Positions 9,420 to 18,963 of a stretch of 32,000 bases of DNA are shown piece by piece; within the stretch, counting starts at the first letter, position 1; every line of letters starts with the position of its first letter. A program made the translations under genes and the position numbers. Under the pieces are notes generated by a model. It saw only the letters and a list, made by a program, of their open reading frames with translations, ran no database searches and had not been told where the DNA came from. This stretch comes from Bacillus subtilis subsp. subtilis str. 168. Its GTDB lineage: Bacteria > Bacillota > Bacilli > Bacillales > Bacillaceae. The stretch lies in contig NC_000964.3 in the NCBI RefSeq assembly GCF_000009045.1, positions 3,600,001 through 3,632,000 on the forward strand. Reading direction: 5' to 3'.

Positions 9420-9902
9420 TTAACGTAACAATTGAAGCACGTTTTGCGGCTGTTGGTTTGCTTGAGCAAGCATCGCTTGAGAAGCTTGAGAAGGAATGTT
9501 GTTCTTTGTGAACTCGCTCATTTCTTTCGCCATGTCAACGTCACGGATACGGGACTCAGCAGCTGTCAGGTTTTCAGAAGAAGCACCAAGGTTGTTGATT
9601 GTGTGCTCTAGACGGTTTTGTACCGCACCAAGTTTAGCACGTTGGTTTGAGACATTGTTGATTGCAGTATCAATACTTTCAAGTTGTGTATCAAAAGGAG
9701 TATTAGCAAAATCTGTTACATTAAGTGCGTTTACTCCTAAAGCAGTTGATGACATGCTGTCAATGTTAACTGTAAGCTGCTGGCCAGCATTTGCTCCAAT
9801 TTGGAAAGTGAAACCATCAGTTTCAGTACCATCTAATAACTTTTTGCCGTTGAATTCAGTACGATTTGAAATGCCATCAACTTCCTCAATAAGCGCATCC
9901 AT
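9420..9902 (-). CDS. yvzB: Flagellin (Hag) C-terminal fragment, YvzB
   Basis: 160 aa strongly like the Hag C-terminus (AKLGAVQNRLEHTINNLGASSENLTAAESRIRDVDMAKEMSEFTKNNIPSQASQAMLAQANQQPQNVLQLLR). No SD before the ATG; homology extends in frame upstream to about 9967 (ELTVQAGNTGTQQAEDLGAIKDEM). Confidence 0.9.
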   Translation of the reverse strand: MDALIEEVDGISNRTEFNGKKLLDGTETDGFTFQIGANAGQQLTVNIDSMSSTALGVNALNVTDFANTPFDTQLESIDTAINNVSNQRAKLGAVQNRLEHTINNLGASSENLTAAESRIRDVDMAKEMSEFTKNNIPSQASQAMLAQANQQPQNVLQLLR

Positions 9903-9991
9903 TTCATCTTTAATTGCACCAAGATCTTCTGCTTGTTGTGTACCTGTGTTTCCTGCTTGAACAGTAAGTTCACTTCTAAACCTATTATGCC

Positions 9992-10043
9992 GTAAAGAAA
10001 AAGCTTGCCTGCTAAGCCCAAGGATGGACTTGCCGACAAGCTG
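9992..10043 (-). terminator. uvrA terminator
   Basis: Minus strand: AGCTTGTCGGCAAGTCC-atcctt-GGGCTTAGCAGGCAAGCT-TTTTCTTT (long, imperfect stem). Confidence 0.8.
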
Positions 10044-10063
10044 TCCCCTCTTAACAGAGGGTT

Positions 10064-12937
10064 TTAAGATGTAGCTGTTTCTTTTGCTTTCAAGAGCGAT
10101 TTCATGCGTGTTTTGTCACGTTCGATAACAGGCTTTAAATAACGGCCTGTATACGATTCTTCAACTTCAGTGATTTCCTCAGGCGTTCCAGACGCGACAA
10201 TGGTTCCGCCTCCGGCTCCGCCTTCCGGGCCCAAATCCACAATGTAATCGGCCGTCTTAATGATATCAAGATTGTGCTCAATAACCAGTACAGTGTCTCC
10301 GTTGTCTACCAACCGTTGCAGCACGACAAGAAGCCTGGCGATATCGTCGACATGCAAACCTGTCGTCGGCTCATCTAAAATGTAGAGCGTACGTCCGGTT
10401 GAGCGTTTGTGCAGCTCTGACGCGAGCTTCACGCGCTGCGCTTCTCCGCCTGACAAGGTCGTCGCCGGCTGGCCGAGCGTAATATAACCTAAACCAACAT
10501 CATAAAGGGTTTGGAGCTTGCGTTTGATTTTCGGGATATTTTCAAAGAAAGAAAGAGCATCTTCAACCGTCATATCAAGCACATCAGAGATGCTTTTTCC
10601 TTTGTACGTCACTTCAAGCGTTTCACGGTTATAGCGTTTGCCGTGACACACCTCGCATGGAACGTATACGTCAGGAAGGAAGTGCATTTCAATTTTAATA
10701 ATCCCGTCTCCGCGGCAGGCTTCACATCGTCCGCCCTTCACGTTGAAGCTGAAACGGCCTTTTTTATAGCCGCGGACCTTCGCTTCATTTGTCTGCGCGA
10801 ATACATCACGAATGTCATCAAATACACCGGTGTATGTCGCAGGGTTGGATCTCGGCGTTCTTCCGATTGGCGCCTGGTCAATGTCAATGACTTTATCTAA
10901 ATGATCCAAACCTTTAATCTCTTTATGGCTGCCGGGCTTCGCTTTCGCTTTATGAAGCTTTTGCGCCAGCGCCTTATGCAAAATTTCATTAACGAGTGTA
11001 CTCTTTCCTGAACCGGAAACACCTGTAACTGCTGTAAACGTCCCAAGCGGGAACTTGGCATTCACTTTTTTCAGGTTGTTTTCTGATGCACCTTTAATTT
11101 CAATGTAACGTCCGTCCGGCTTTCTTCTTTCAGGAGGCAATGGGATAAACTTTTTCCCTGATAAATAGCTGCCCGTTAATGAATTTGGATCTTCCATCAC
11201 TTCTTCCGGCGTACCCGCAGATATCACCTGTCCGCCGTGAATGCCGGCTCCCGGTCCAATATCTATTAAATAATCTGCTGCCATCATCGTGTCCTCATCA
11301 TGTTCGACAACAATCAGCGTGTTCCCGAGGTCTCTCATATTTTTCAGAGCGCTGATCAAGCGGTCGTTATCACGCTGATGCAGACCGATAGACGGCTCAT
11401 CTAAAATATAAAGCACACCGGATAAACGCGAGCCAATTTGAGTCGCCAGCCTGATGCGCTGCGCCTCTCCTCCGGACAATGTACCCGCTGCCCTGCTCAA
11501 TGTCAGGTAATCGAGGCCGACTTTGTCCAGAAAGCTTAAGCGCTCCACAATTTCGCGCAAAATCAAATTGGCGATCTGCATATCCTTCTCAGAAAGGGTA
11601 AGATCTTTAAAGAAGGCAAGTGCGTCGGCGACAGACAGCTCGGTAATTTTCCCAATGTGGCGGCCGTCAATCAGTACGGCAAGCGCCTCTTTCTTTAACC
11701 GATAGCCTTTGCACGTCGGACAAGACTTCTGAGACATATACTGCTCCATTTGCTCACGTATGAAATCGGAGCCTGTCTCCTTATAGCGTCTTTCAATGTT
11801 GCGCAATACGCCTTCAAATTGAATTTCACCTTCGCGGATTTGTCCAAAATCATTTTCATATCGGAAATAAATCAGGTCATCCCCGCTGCCGTACAGCACT
11901 TTATCCAGTTGATGCTTCGGCAAATCTTTGACCGGCACATCCATATCAATCCCGTAGTGGGTGCAGACTGCCTCAAGCAGCTGAGGATAATATTGTGAGC
12001 TGATCGGTGTCCAAGGGGCGACCGCATTCTCCTTCAATGACAAATCTTGATTGGGGATGACAAGATCGGCATCCACTTCAAGCTTCATTCCGAGACCGTC
12101 ACACGTCGGACACGCCCCGAACGGACTGTTAAACGAAAACAGACGCGGCTCAAGCTCACCAATTGAAAATCCGCAGTGCGGACAGGCATGATGCTCGCTG
12201 AACATCAGCTCTTCCTCACCGATGACATCGATCATAACCCGTCCTTCACCTAAACGAAGCGCCGTTTCCAATGAATCTGACAGCCGGGCTGCCACGCCTT
12301 CTTTCACGACAATCCGGTCAATGACTACCTCAATGGAATGCTTCTTGTTCTTTTCTAATTCGATATCGTCGGAAAGCTCAGCCATCTCGCCGTCAATTCT
12401 GACTCTGACATAGCCTTGTTTCCTAATCTGTTCAAGCACTTTGACATGAGCGCCTTTTCGGCCCGAGACAATCGGCGCCAGCACCTGAAGCTTCGTCCGT
12501 TCCGGGTATTCCAGAATTCTGTCCACCATTTGCTCGATGGTCTGGGATGTAATCTCAATTCCGTGTTCCGGACAATGAGGCTTCCCTACTCTCGCATATA
12601 AAAGACGCAGATAATCATAAATCTCAGTTACCGTACCGACAGTAGACCTCGGATTGCGGCTCGTTGTTTTCTGATCAATGCTGATGGCGGGAGAGAGCCC
12701 CTCAATTGCATCCACATCCGGCTTATCCATTTGCCCTAAAAACTGGCGGGCATAGGCAGACAGCGACTCGACATACCGTCTCTGTCCTTCAGCATATATC
12801 GTGTCAAAGGCAAGGGAGGATTTACCTGATCCGGACAAACCCGTGACAACGACAAGCTGATCTCTCGGAATCGTTACATCTATATTTTTCAGGTTATGCG
12901 CCCTGGCTCCCTTCACCTCTATCCGATCCATAGCCAT
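10064..12937 (-). CDS. uvrA: UvrABC excinuclease subunit A
   Basis: 957 aa; two ABC modules ([22 protein letters not shown]), zinc motifs CPTCxGxK / CEACRGDGI. Confidence 0.99.
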   Translation of the reverse strand: MAMDRIEVKGARAHNLKNIDVTIPRDQLVVVTGLSGSGKSSLAFDTIYAEGQRRYVESLSAYARQFLGQMDKPDVDAIEGLSPAISIDQKTTSRNPRSTVGTVTEIYDYLRLLYARVGKPHCPEHGIEITSQTIEQMVDRILEYPERTKLQVLAPIVSGRKGAHVKVLEQIRKQGYVRVRIDGEMAELSDDIELEKNKKHSIEVVIDRIVVKEGVAARLSDSLETALRLGEGRVMIDVIGEEELMFSEHHACPHCGFSIGELEPRLFSFNSPFGACPTCDGLGMKLEVDADLVIPNQDLSLKENAVAPWTPISSQYYPQLLEAVCTHYGIDMDVPVKDLPKHQLDKVLYGSGDDLIYFRYENDFGQIREGEIQFEGVLRNIERRYKETGSDFIREQMEQYMSQKSCPTCKGYRLKKEALAVLIDGRHIGKITELSVADALAFFKDLTLSEKDMQIANLILREIVERLSFLDKVGLDYLTLSRAAGTLSGGEAQRIRLATQIGSRLSGVLYILDEPSIGLHQRDNDRLISALKNMRDLGNTLIVVEHDEDTMMAADYLIDIGPGAGIHGGQVISAGTPEEVMEDPNSLTGSYLSGKKFIPLPPERRKPDGRYIEIKGASENNLKKVNAKFPLGTFTAVTGVSGSGKSTLVNEILHKALAQKLHKAKAKPGSHKEIKGLDHLDKVIDIDQAPIGRTPRSNPATYTGVFDDIRDVFAQTNEAKVRGYKKGRFSFNVKGGRCEACRGDGIIKIEMHFLPDVYVPCEVCHGKRYNRETLEVTYKGKSISDVLDMTVEDALSFFENIPKIKRKLQTLYDVGLGYITLGQPATTLSGGEAQRVKLASELHKRSTGRTLYILDEPTTGLHVDDIARLLVVLQRLVDNGDTVLVIEHNLDIIKTADYIVDLGPEGGAGGGTIVASGTPEEITEVEESYTGRYLKPVIERDKTRMKSLLKAKETATS

Positions 12938-12944
12938 TTGTTCA

Positions 12945-14930
12945 TCATCCTTCCGCTTTTAGCTCTAAAAGTAAATCGCGAAGCTCCGCGGCTCTCTCAA
13001 AGTCAAGCGCCTTGGCGGCTTCCTTCATTTCATGCTCCATCTGTTCAACGACTTTCTGGCGTTCTTTCTTCGTCATTTTCGACAGCTTCGGCGCGGCTTT
13101 TGTTTTGTATTCCGCTTTATCCTCAGCTGCTACTGTGGCACGAATGACATCGCGAATTTCTTTATTTATCGTTTTCGGCGTAATGCCGTGCTCTTCGTTA
13201 AACCGCTCCTGCTGCTCGCGGCGGCGTTTTGTTTCATTAATCGCAATTTCCATAGACTTCGTTATTTTATCGGCGTACATAATGACGCGGCCTTCCGCAT
13301 TTCTCGCTGCCCGTCCGATGGTCTGGATCAGCGACCGCTCCGAACGAAGGAAACCTTCCTTATCCGCATCCAAAATCGCAACAAGGGATACTTCGGGAAT
13401 GTCCAAACCTTCCCTCAGCAGGTTGATGCCGACAAGCACATCGTACTTGCCAAGGCGCAGGTCGCGGATAATTTCAATCCGTTCAAGCGTCTTGATCTCA
13501 GAATGCAGATAGTTTACTTTAATGCCGATTTCCTTTAAATAATCGGTCAGATCCTCTGACATCTTCTTCGTCAAAGTTGTCACAAGCACCCGTTCATTCC
13601 GCTCGATTCTTGCTTGAATTTCGCCGATCAAGTCGTCAATCTGACCTTCGATTGGACGGACGTCAATAAGCGGGTCAAGAAGCCCCGTCGGACGAATGAT
13701 CTGTTCGACCATTTCATCTGTATGTTCAATCTCGTACGGCCCTGGTGTTGCTGATACATACACGATATTGTGCATATGCTTTTCAAATTCCTCAAAACGA
13801 AGCGGACGGTTATCAAGCGCTGATGGAAGCCGGAAGCCGTGATCCACGAGCACCTGTTTCCGCGCCTGGTCTCCGTTAAACATGCCGCGCACCTGAGGAA
13901 TTGTCACATGCGACTCATCCACCACGATCATAAAATCGTCTGGGAAATAATCAAGAAGCGTATACGGCGTTGAACCTGGAGGCCGCAGAGTCAAATGTCT
14001 TGAATAGTTCTCGATGCCGGAGCAGAAACCCATTTCACGCATCATTTCAAGATCATATCTTGTCCGCTGCTCTAAACGCTGCGCTTCAAGGAGCTTTCCG
14101 TTTTCATGCATGACCTTCAGCTGCTCCTCAAGCTCCTTCTCGATATTTTGAATCGCCTTCTCCATTTTCTCGGCCCGCGTTACGAAGTGGGATGCCGGGA
14201 AAATCGCAACATGATCTCGGTCGCCGAGAATTTCTCCTGTCAGCGCATCTACTTCCCGAATCCGTTCGATTTCGTCACCGAAAAATTCAACTCTGACACA
14301 ATGCTCATCACGGGATGCCGGAAAGATTTCCACTACATCCCCGCGCACACGAAATGTACCGCGCTGAAAGTCGATATCGTTGCGGGCATATTGGATGTCT
14401 ACAAGTTTTCTGAGCAGCTCGTTGCGCTCAATTTCCATTTCAGTCCGCAGTGACACGACCATTTCCCGGTATTCCTCAGGCGAACCGAGGCCGTATATAC
14501 AAGACACACTCGCAATAATAATGACATCTCTGCGCTCAAACAAAGCTGATGTGGCGGAGTGTCTCAGTTTATCAATTTCATCATTAATACTAGCGTCTTT
14601 CTCTATAAATGTATCCGTTTGAGGCACATACGCCTCCGGCTGATAATAATCATAGTAGCTGACAAAATACTCGACAGCATTGTTCGGAAAAAATTCCTTG
14701 AACTCACTGTAAAGCTGTCCAGCAAGGGTTTTGTTATGGGCAATCACGAGAGTCGGCTTATTGACTTCTTTAATCAAATTGGACACCGTAAATGTTTTCC
14801 CAGTTCCTGTTGCACCCAGCAGAGTCTGATGCTTCTTGCCCTCCTGAATTCCTTTCACAAGCTTTTCAATGGCTTTCGGCTGATCTCCCTGGGGCTGATA
14901 TTTCGAGACTAACTCAAAGCGATCTTTCAC
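12945..14930 (-). CDS. uvrB: UvrABC excinuclease subunit B
   Basis: Walker [14 protein letters not shown] motif near the C-terminus; 661 aa from GTG 14930 ([21 protein letters not shown]). The track's 679 aa start at 14984 is an upstream extension. Confidence 0.98.
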   Translation of the reverse strand: MKDRFELVSKYQPQGDQPKAIEKLVKGIQEGKKHQTLLGATGTGKTFTVSNLIKEVNKPTLVIAHNKTLAGQLYSEFKEFFPNNAVEYFVSYYDYYQPEAYVPQTDTFIEKDASINDEIDKLRHSATSALFERRDVIIIASVSCIYGLGSPEEYREMVVSLRTEMEIERNELLRKLVDIQYARNDIDFQRGTFRVRGDVVEIFPASRDEHCVRVEFFGDEIERIREVDALTGEILGDRDHVAIFPASHFVTRAEKMEKAIQNIEKELEEQLKVMHENGKLLEAQRLEQRTRYDLEMMREMGFCSGIENYSRHLTLRPPGSTPYTLLDYFPDDFMIVVDESHVTIPQVRGMFNGDQARKQVLVDHGFRLPSALDNRPLRFEEFEKHMHNIVYVSATPGPYEIEHTDEMVEQIIRPTGLLDPLIDVRPIEGQIDDLIGEIQARIERNERVLVTTLTKKMSEDLTDYLKEIGIKVNYLHSEIKTLERIEIIRDLRLGKYDVLVGINLLREGLDIPEVSLVAILDADKEGFLRSERSLIQTIGRAARNAEGRVIMYADKITKSMEIAINETKRRREQQERFNEEHGITPKTINKEIRDVIRATVAAEDKAEYKTKAAPKLSKMTKKERQKVVEQMEHEMKEAAKALDFERAAELRDLLLELKAEG

Positions 14931-15053
14931 AAAAATAAGCCTCCGTTTCTTTAACGAAATCTTCCTATAGATATAGTAACACAATGGAAAGCAAAATCAC
15001 TAAAAATACGAACTAAAGTTCGGTGGTTTTTTATTTCCAGCTGTTTTTGTGTA

Positions 15054-15086
15054 TAAAAAACCTGCTTTTAAAACGTAAAAGCAGGT
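15054..15086 (-). terminator. csbA terminator
   Basis: Minus strand: ACCTGCTTTT-acgtttt-AAAAGCAGGT-TTTTTA. Confidence 0.85.
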
Positions 15087-15115
15087 ATTCAGTCTTTATA
15101 TTCATTATGTCCGAT

Positions 15116-15346
15116 TTATTCTTCTTTTTTCTCTGCAGCTTTTTTGGCCATATACAGTCCGCCAGCCACAAGAGACACAACATCCAATCCTACAATAAAA
15201 TACGTTTCTGTATAGCCTTTTAAATAAGAGGCAAACAGCAATGCAGCTGTTAAAGCGATCGCCACATAATGATTAAAGGTGACTCTAGTAAATAGAACAA
15301 CAAGCATAAAAGGGAAAAACAATGCAAAAACGGCTTTTGTAATCAA
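15116..15346 (-). CDS. csbA: CsbA, small membrane protein controlled by sigma-B
   Basis: 76 aa (LITKAVFALFFPFMLVVLFTRVTFNHY..., TTG start), SD GAGGAGG. Confidence 0.92.
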   Translation of the reverse strand: MITKAVFALFFPFMLVVLFTRVTFNHYVAIALTAALLFASYLKGYTETYFIVGLDVVSLVAGGLYMAKKAAEKKEE

Positions 15347-15438
15347 CAAAAACCCTCCTCAGGGATTCTTCATCTGATCTGATTATAGTAAAAAATGAAG
15401 AATCGGACAATCGTGCATTCGCTCCCTCTACTTACACC

Positions 15439-15464
15439 ATACCCCTTTTCAGCCAAAATCAATC
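15439..15464 (-). promoter_or_regulatory. Probable sigma-B promoter of csbA
   Basis: Minus strand: GATTGA - 14 nt - GGGTAT; -10 perfect, -35 is 4/6 to GTTTAA. csbA is an established sigma-B gene. Confidence 0.75.
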
Positions 15465-15505
15465 ACCATATTTGCATTTTGGTGCCGGTCAAAACTTATT
15501 CCATG

Positions 15506-15540
15506 GTGCCGCTGTTCTAATCAGCGGCACTTTTTTTATT
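15506..15540 (+). terminator. Strong plus-strand rho-independent terminator with no assigned upstream gene
   Basis: GTGCCGCTG-ttctaat-CAGCGGCAC-TTTTTTTATT, perfect 9-bp stem plus 7 T. Confidence 0.8.
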
Positions 15541-15665
15541 ACATCATCAAGTCCGCCGCCAGATTCCGAGAATAAAAGAAAATAGGCATACAGTACCAGT
15601 ACGGCCGCATTTTTCAGGATAATATAACCAACTTAACTATTCATTTTATTTAGGACTTTCTGCGT

Positions 15666-15694
15666 TTGACAGCATTTTCCTGAAAACCTACAAT
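15666..15694 (+). promoter_or_regulatory. Near-consensus sigma-A promoter upstream of yvkC
   Basis: TTGACA (15666-15671) - 17 bp - TACAAT (15689-15694). Confidence 0.85.
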
Positions 15695-15695
15695 T

Positions 15696-15722
15696 AAATG
15701 ATAGTGTTTACTATCATTTTTT
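15696..15722. promoter_or_regulatory. Perfect inverted repeat overlapping the predicted yvkC start site; candidate operator
   Basis: AAATGATAGT-gttt-ACTATCATTT, 10-bp arms, starting 2 nt after the -10 hexamer. Confidence 0.65.
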
Positions 15723-15792
15723 AAACACAGGCTCCGCAATAAAAAGACTAGAGAGAAAAACAAAATGAATGAAGAAAAGAGGGGTTTCAAAT

Positions 15793-18288
15793 ATGTATTC
15801 TGTTTTATTTCGCCAGGCAGAAGAGTCCAGCCAGCTGGCTGGAGCAAAAGGAATGAATTTGATTAAATTGACCAAACACGGTCTTCCTGTTCCGGACGGG
15901 TTTATTATTCAAACGAATGCGCTCGCACGTTTTATGGAGGACAACCAGCTTCAAGAGACTAGTGAAAACGTCGAAGGCGGGATCATTTCCGGAACATTTT
16001 CGGATGAGCTGAAAGATGAGCTGACTAGTTCCTTTTATAAGCTTAGAGAATCATATCGATCCGTAGCCGTGCGTTCTTCGTCTGCTTCGGAAGATTTAGA
16101 AGGCGCCTCATTCGCGGGTCAATATGAAACCTACTTAAATATCAAAACAGAGGAAGAGTTTCTGGCTAAAGTGAAAGAATGCTGGGCCTCATTTTTTTCT
16201 GGGCGGGTCAGCAGCTATAAGAAAAAAATGAACAATCAAATCGCAGAGCCGTTAATGGGAATAGTCGTTCAGGGGCTGATCGATTCAGAAATGTCAGGTG
16301 TTATCTTCAGCCGCAACCCTGTTACCCATGATGATAGAGAGCTTTTAATCAGCGCCAGCTACGGGTTGGGTGAAGCTGTTGTTTCAGGAAATGTTACCCC
16401 AGACACGTTCATTGTTAATAAATCTTCGTTTGAGATTCAGAAAGAAATAGGTGCAAAGGAAATCTACATGGAGTCTGCGGCAGAAGGAATTGCTGAAAAA
16501 GAAACGAGTGAAGACATGCGCAGCCGTTTTTGCCTTACAGATGAACAAGTGATTGAATTGGCTGAAATCACAAAAAAAACCGAAGACCTGTACGGATATC
16601 CTGTTGATATAGAATTTGGAATTGCTGATCATCAAATATACCTTCTGCAAGCTCGCCCGATTACAACCATTGATCAGGACAAAAAAGCGGCAGAAGAAAA
16701 ACGCAGCTTCATGATTACCGACACTGATATGAATGATTTCTGGCTTAACATGGAGTCTAATATTGAAGGTCCGGTGAGTCCGTTATTTTCATCCTTCATC
16801 GTGCCGGCATTGGAATATGGCTTGAAGAAGAGCATGCAAAAGTTTCCGATTGGTGTAGTTGTTGATGAAGTAAAACTTTATCGCGGACATATTTATTCCA
16901 AAAACCAAGGCGGACAGCAGCCTCCTTCTGAAGACTGCGGCAAAGAGCTTTTCCCGATTTTATCGGAGCATATGTATGACATCATCAATCACACATACCT
17001 CCCTTTTTACCGGACACTGGACCAGCTCGCACAAACTGAGCATACCGCAGAAAGCGCACTGGAAGCTTTTCAAAAACTAAAGGCCTTTTATCTCACGGCT
17101 TATGAAGAGCACTTTAATATCGTTTTCCCGCAAATCCTTTTAACAAACAAACTGCAAGCGATGTATCAGGACATTCAAGGAGAGTCCGAAAACGCTCATT
17201 TTTACGAGATGCTGACAGGAAAAATGAACAAATCACTGGAAACGGACCGTTGCTTATGGCTATTTTCTGTGGAAGTTCAGGAGAACCCGAACCTTCTGGC
17301 CATTTTTGAAAACAACAAGCCTGAACAGCTCCAGGAGAAATTGGAACAAACAGATGAGGGAAGACACTTCCTGAAGAACGTCCATGAATTCTTGCAAGAA
17401 TACGGATGGAGATCTGTTAAAAGTCATGATCTGATTGAACAAATCTGGGTGGAAAATCCGTATTTCGCTCTGGCCAATATTCAAAATTATGTCCGTAATG
17501 GCTATCATTTTGACAATGAATTTCAGAAAACAAAAGAAAAACGAGAGAAATTATACAATGAATTCTTGGAAAGCATAGAAGATCCCGGTTTACGCACCGA
17601 ATTTGACCGCTATTATCAATGGACACTGAACTCTGCAAATATAAAAGATGATCACCACTTTTATATTGACGCCATGCTGGATGCCAAGGCGAGAATCTTT
17701 CTGCTGAAGATAGGTGAATTGCTGGCGGAAAACGGTGTCATTCAAGATCGGGAGGACCTTTGGTTCTTATATGACGACGAAGTGGAACAAGCGCTTCTTC
17801 ACCCTGTATCCCTGCAAGAAAAGGCTGAAAAACGCAGACAGATTTTTCATGAGTATGAGCTGGCCCAAGCCCCGGCCTACCTCGGCACCCCGACAAAAGA
17901 ACAGCTCAAAGCAGCTGAAGAAATTGTCGGCGCTGTGATAGAGGATGAAAAAAACACAGAGAATCATATTTTTGGCATTGCGGCATCAAGCGGCATTGCG
18001 ACAGGTCCGGTGAAAATCATTCGGGACGCCAATGAATTTTCTCAATTCGCGCCTGGAGACGTACTCGTTTGCAAGATGACCACACCGCTATGGACCAGCC
18101 TGTTTCAAGACGCCAAAGCGATTATTACAGACACAGGCGGCATTTTGTCTCACGCTGCGATTATTGCCCGTGAATACGGCATTCCAGCCGTTCTCGGCAC
18201 ACGCACGGCAACCGAAAGACTGCGAGACGGTGACATCATCACTGTTGACGGAAGCAGCGGCAAAATCACAGTTGTCAGCCGGTCCTGA
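15793..18288 (+). CDS. yvkC: PEP-utilising/pyruvate-phosphate-dikinase-like phosphotransferase YvkC, rifampin phosphotransferase (Rph) type
   Basis: ATP-binding domain (GAKGMNLIKLTKHGLPVPDGF; VRSSSASEDLEGASFAGQYETYLN) and C-terminal catalytic His domain (TDTGGILSHAAIIAREYGIPAVLGT). Start ATG 15793 has SD AGAGGGG; the track gives 15769. Confidence 0.9.
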   Translation: MYSVLFRQAEESSQLAGAKGMNLIKLTKHGLPVPDGFIIQTNALARFMEDNQLQETSENVEGGIISGTFSDELKDELTSSFYKLRESYRSVAVRSSSASEDLEGASFAGQYETYLNIKTEEEFLAKVKECWASFFSGRVSSYKKKMNNQIAEPLMGIVVQGLIDSEMSGVIFSRNPVTHDDRELLISASYGLGEAVVSGNVTPDTFIVNKSSFEIQKEIGAKEIYMESAAEGIAEKETSEDMRSRFCLTDEQVIELAEITKKTEDLYGYPVDIEFGIADHQIYLLQARPITTIDQDKKAAEEKRSFMITDTDMNDFWLNMESNIEGPVSPLFSSFIVPALEYGLKKSMQKFPIGVVVDEVKLYRGHIYSKNQGGQQPPSEDCGKELFPILSEHMYDIINHTYLPFYRTLDQLAQTEHTAESALEAFQKLKAFYLTAYEEHFNIVFPQILLTNKLQAMYQDIQGESENAHFYEMLTGKMNKSLETDRCLWLFSVEVQENPNLLAIFENNKPEQLQEKLEQTDEGRHFLKNVHEFLQEYGWRSVKSHDLIEQIWVENPYFALANIQNYVRNGYHFDNEFQKTKEKREKLYNEFLESIEDPGLRTEFDRYYQWTLNSANIKDDHHFYIDAMLDAKARIFLLKIGELLAENGVIQDREDLWFLYDDEVEQALLHPVSLQEKAEKRRQIFHEYELAQAPAYLGTPTKEQLKAAEEIVGAVIEDEKNTENHIFGIAASSGIATGPVKIIRDANEFSQFAPGDVLVCKMTTPLWTSLFQDAKAIITDTGGILSHAAIIAREYGIPAVLGTRTATERLRDGDIITVDGSSGKITVVSRS

Positions 18289-18363
18289 TGCGTCCCCCTC
18301 TTTCTTATACAAGCGGGGCGGGTGTATACTTGTCCTGCCAGTATATTCGTGAGGTGAAACGTA

Positions 18364-18933
18364 TTGAGACCGACAAACAAGAGAATCCTTGATGCTGCCA
18401 TGCAGCTGCTCGTCAAAAAAGGATATCGCGCAACGACTACAAAAGAAATTGCAGAAAAAGCAAATGTAAGTGAAGCGACGATTTTCAGGAACTTTAAAAA
18501 CAAACAAGGACTAGTTGAGGCTTTGCTTTCTCAGCATTCTTCAAACAGAGGCAGCATTTTGGAACAAACAGAAGGGGATTTGTACAAAGACCTGCTTCAT
18601 ATCGGAACCTGTCTCTTGGAGGAGCTCGAACATAGAAAAGATATCATTAAAATCAGCTTTCGTGAACCGGCCATGTTTCAGGATGTCATTAACCACGTCA
18701 CTGAATATCCCCAATCTATGAAACAGCTATTGGTTGATTATCTCAAAACGATGGGTGAGAAAGGGGTTATTCAGACAGGAAATGAAGCGGAACATGCCGA
18801 CGTGTTCATGTCGATTATCTTCGGTTATTTCATTCACCGTCTCCACTTAGGAGACCGGGTCATATCAATGCCCCAGGAAAAAATGCTGGAGCATAGCACA
18901 GCTCTATTTGTCAAAGGAATTTCTGCTGATTAA
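18364..18933 (+). CDS. yvkB: TetR-family regulator YvkB
   Basis: 189 aa, TTG start behind GAGGTGA; TetR N-terminus RILDAAMQLLVKKGYRATTTKEIAEKANVSEATIFRNFKNKQGLVEAL. Confidence 0.92.
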   Translation: MRPTNKRILDAAMQLLVKKGYRATTTKEIAEKANVSEATIFRNFKNKQGLVEALLSQHSSNRGSILEQTEGDLYKDLLHIGTCLLEELEHRKDIIKISFREPAMFQDVINHVTEYPQSMKQLLVDYLKTMGEKGVIQTGNEAEHADVFMSIIFGYFIHRLHLGDRVISMPQEKMLEHSTALFVKGISAD

Positions 18934-18963
18934 CTCCTTGGCATAATAAAAAGGAGGATCCCA

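Noticed and set aside
10511-14912. Numerous plus-strand ORFs of 60-168 aa across uvrA and uvrB
   Set aside because: Shadow ORFs antisense to highly conserved uvrA/uvrB; no RBS pattern or recognisable domains.
16384-18507. Minus-strand ORFs (66-139 aa) opposite yvkC
   Set aside because: Antisense shadow of a conserved enzyme gene, with no supporting signals.
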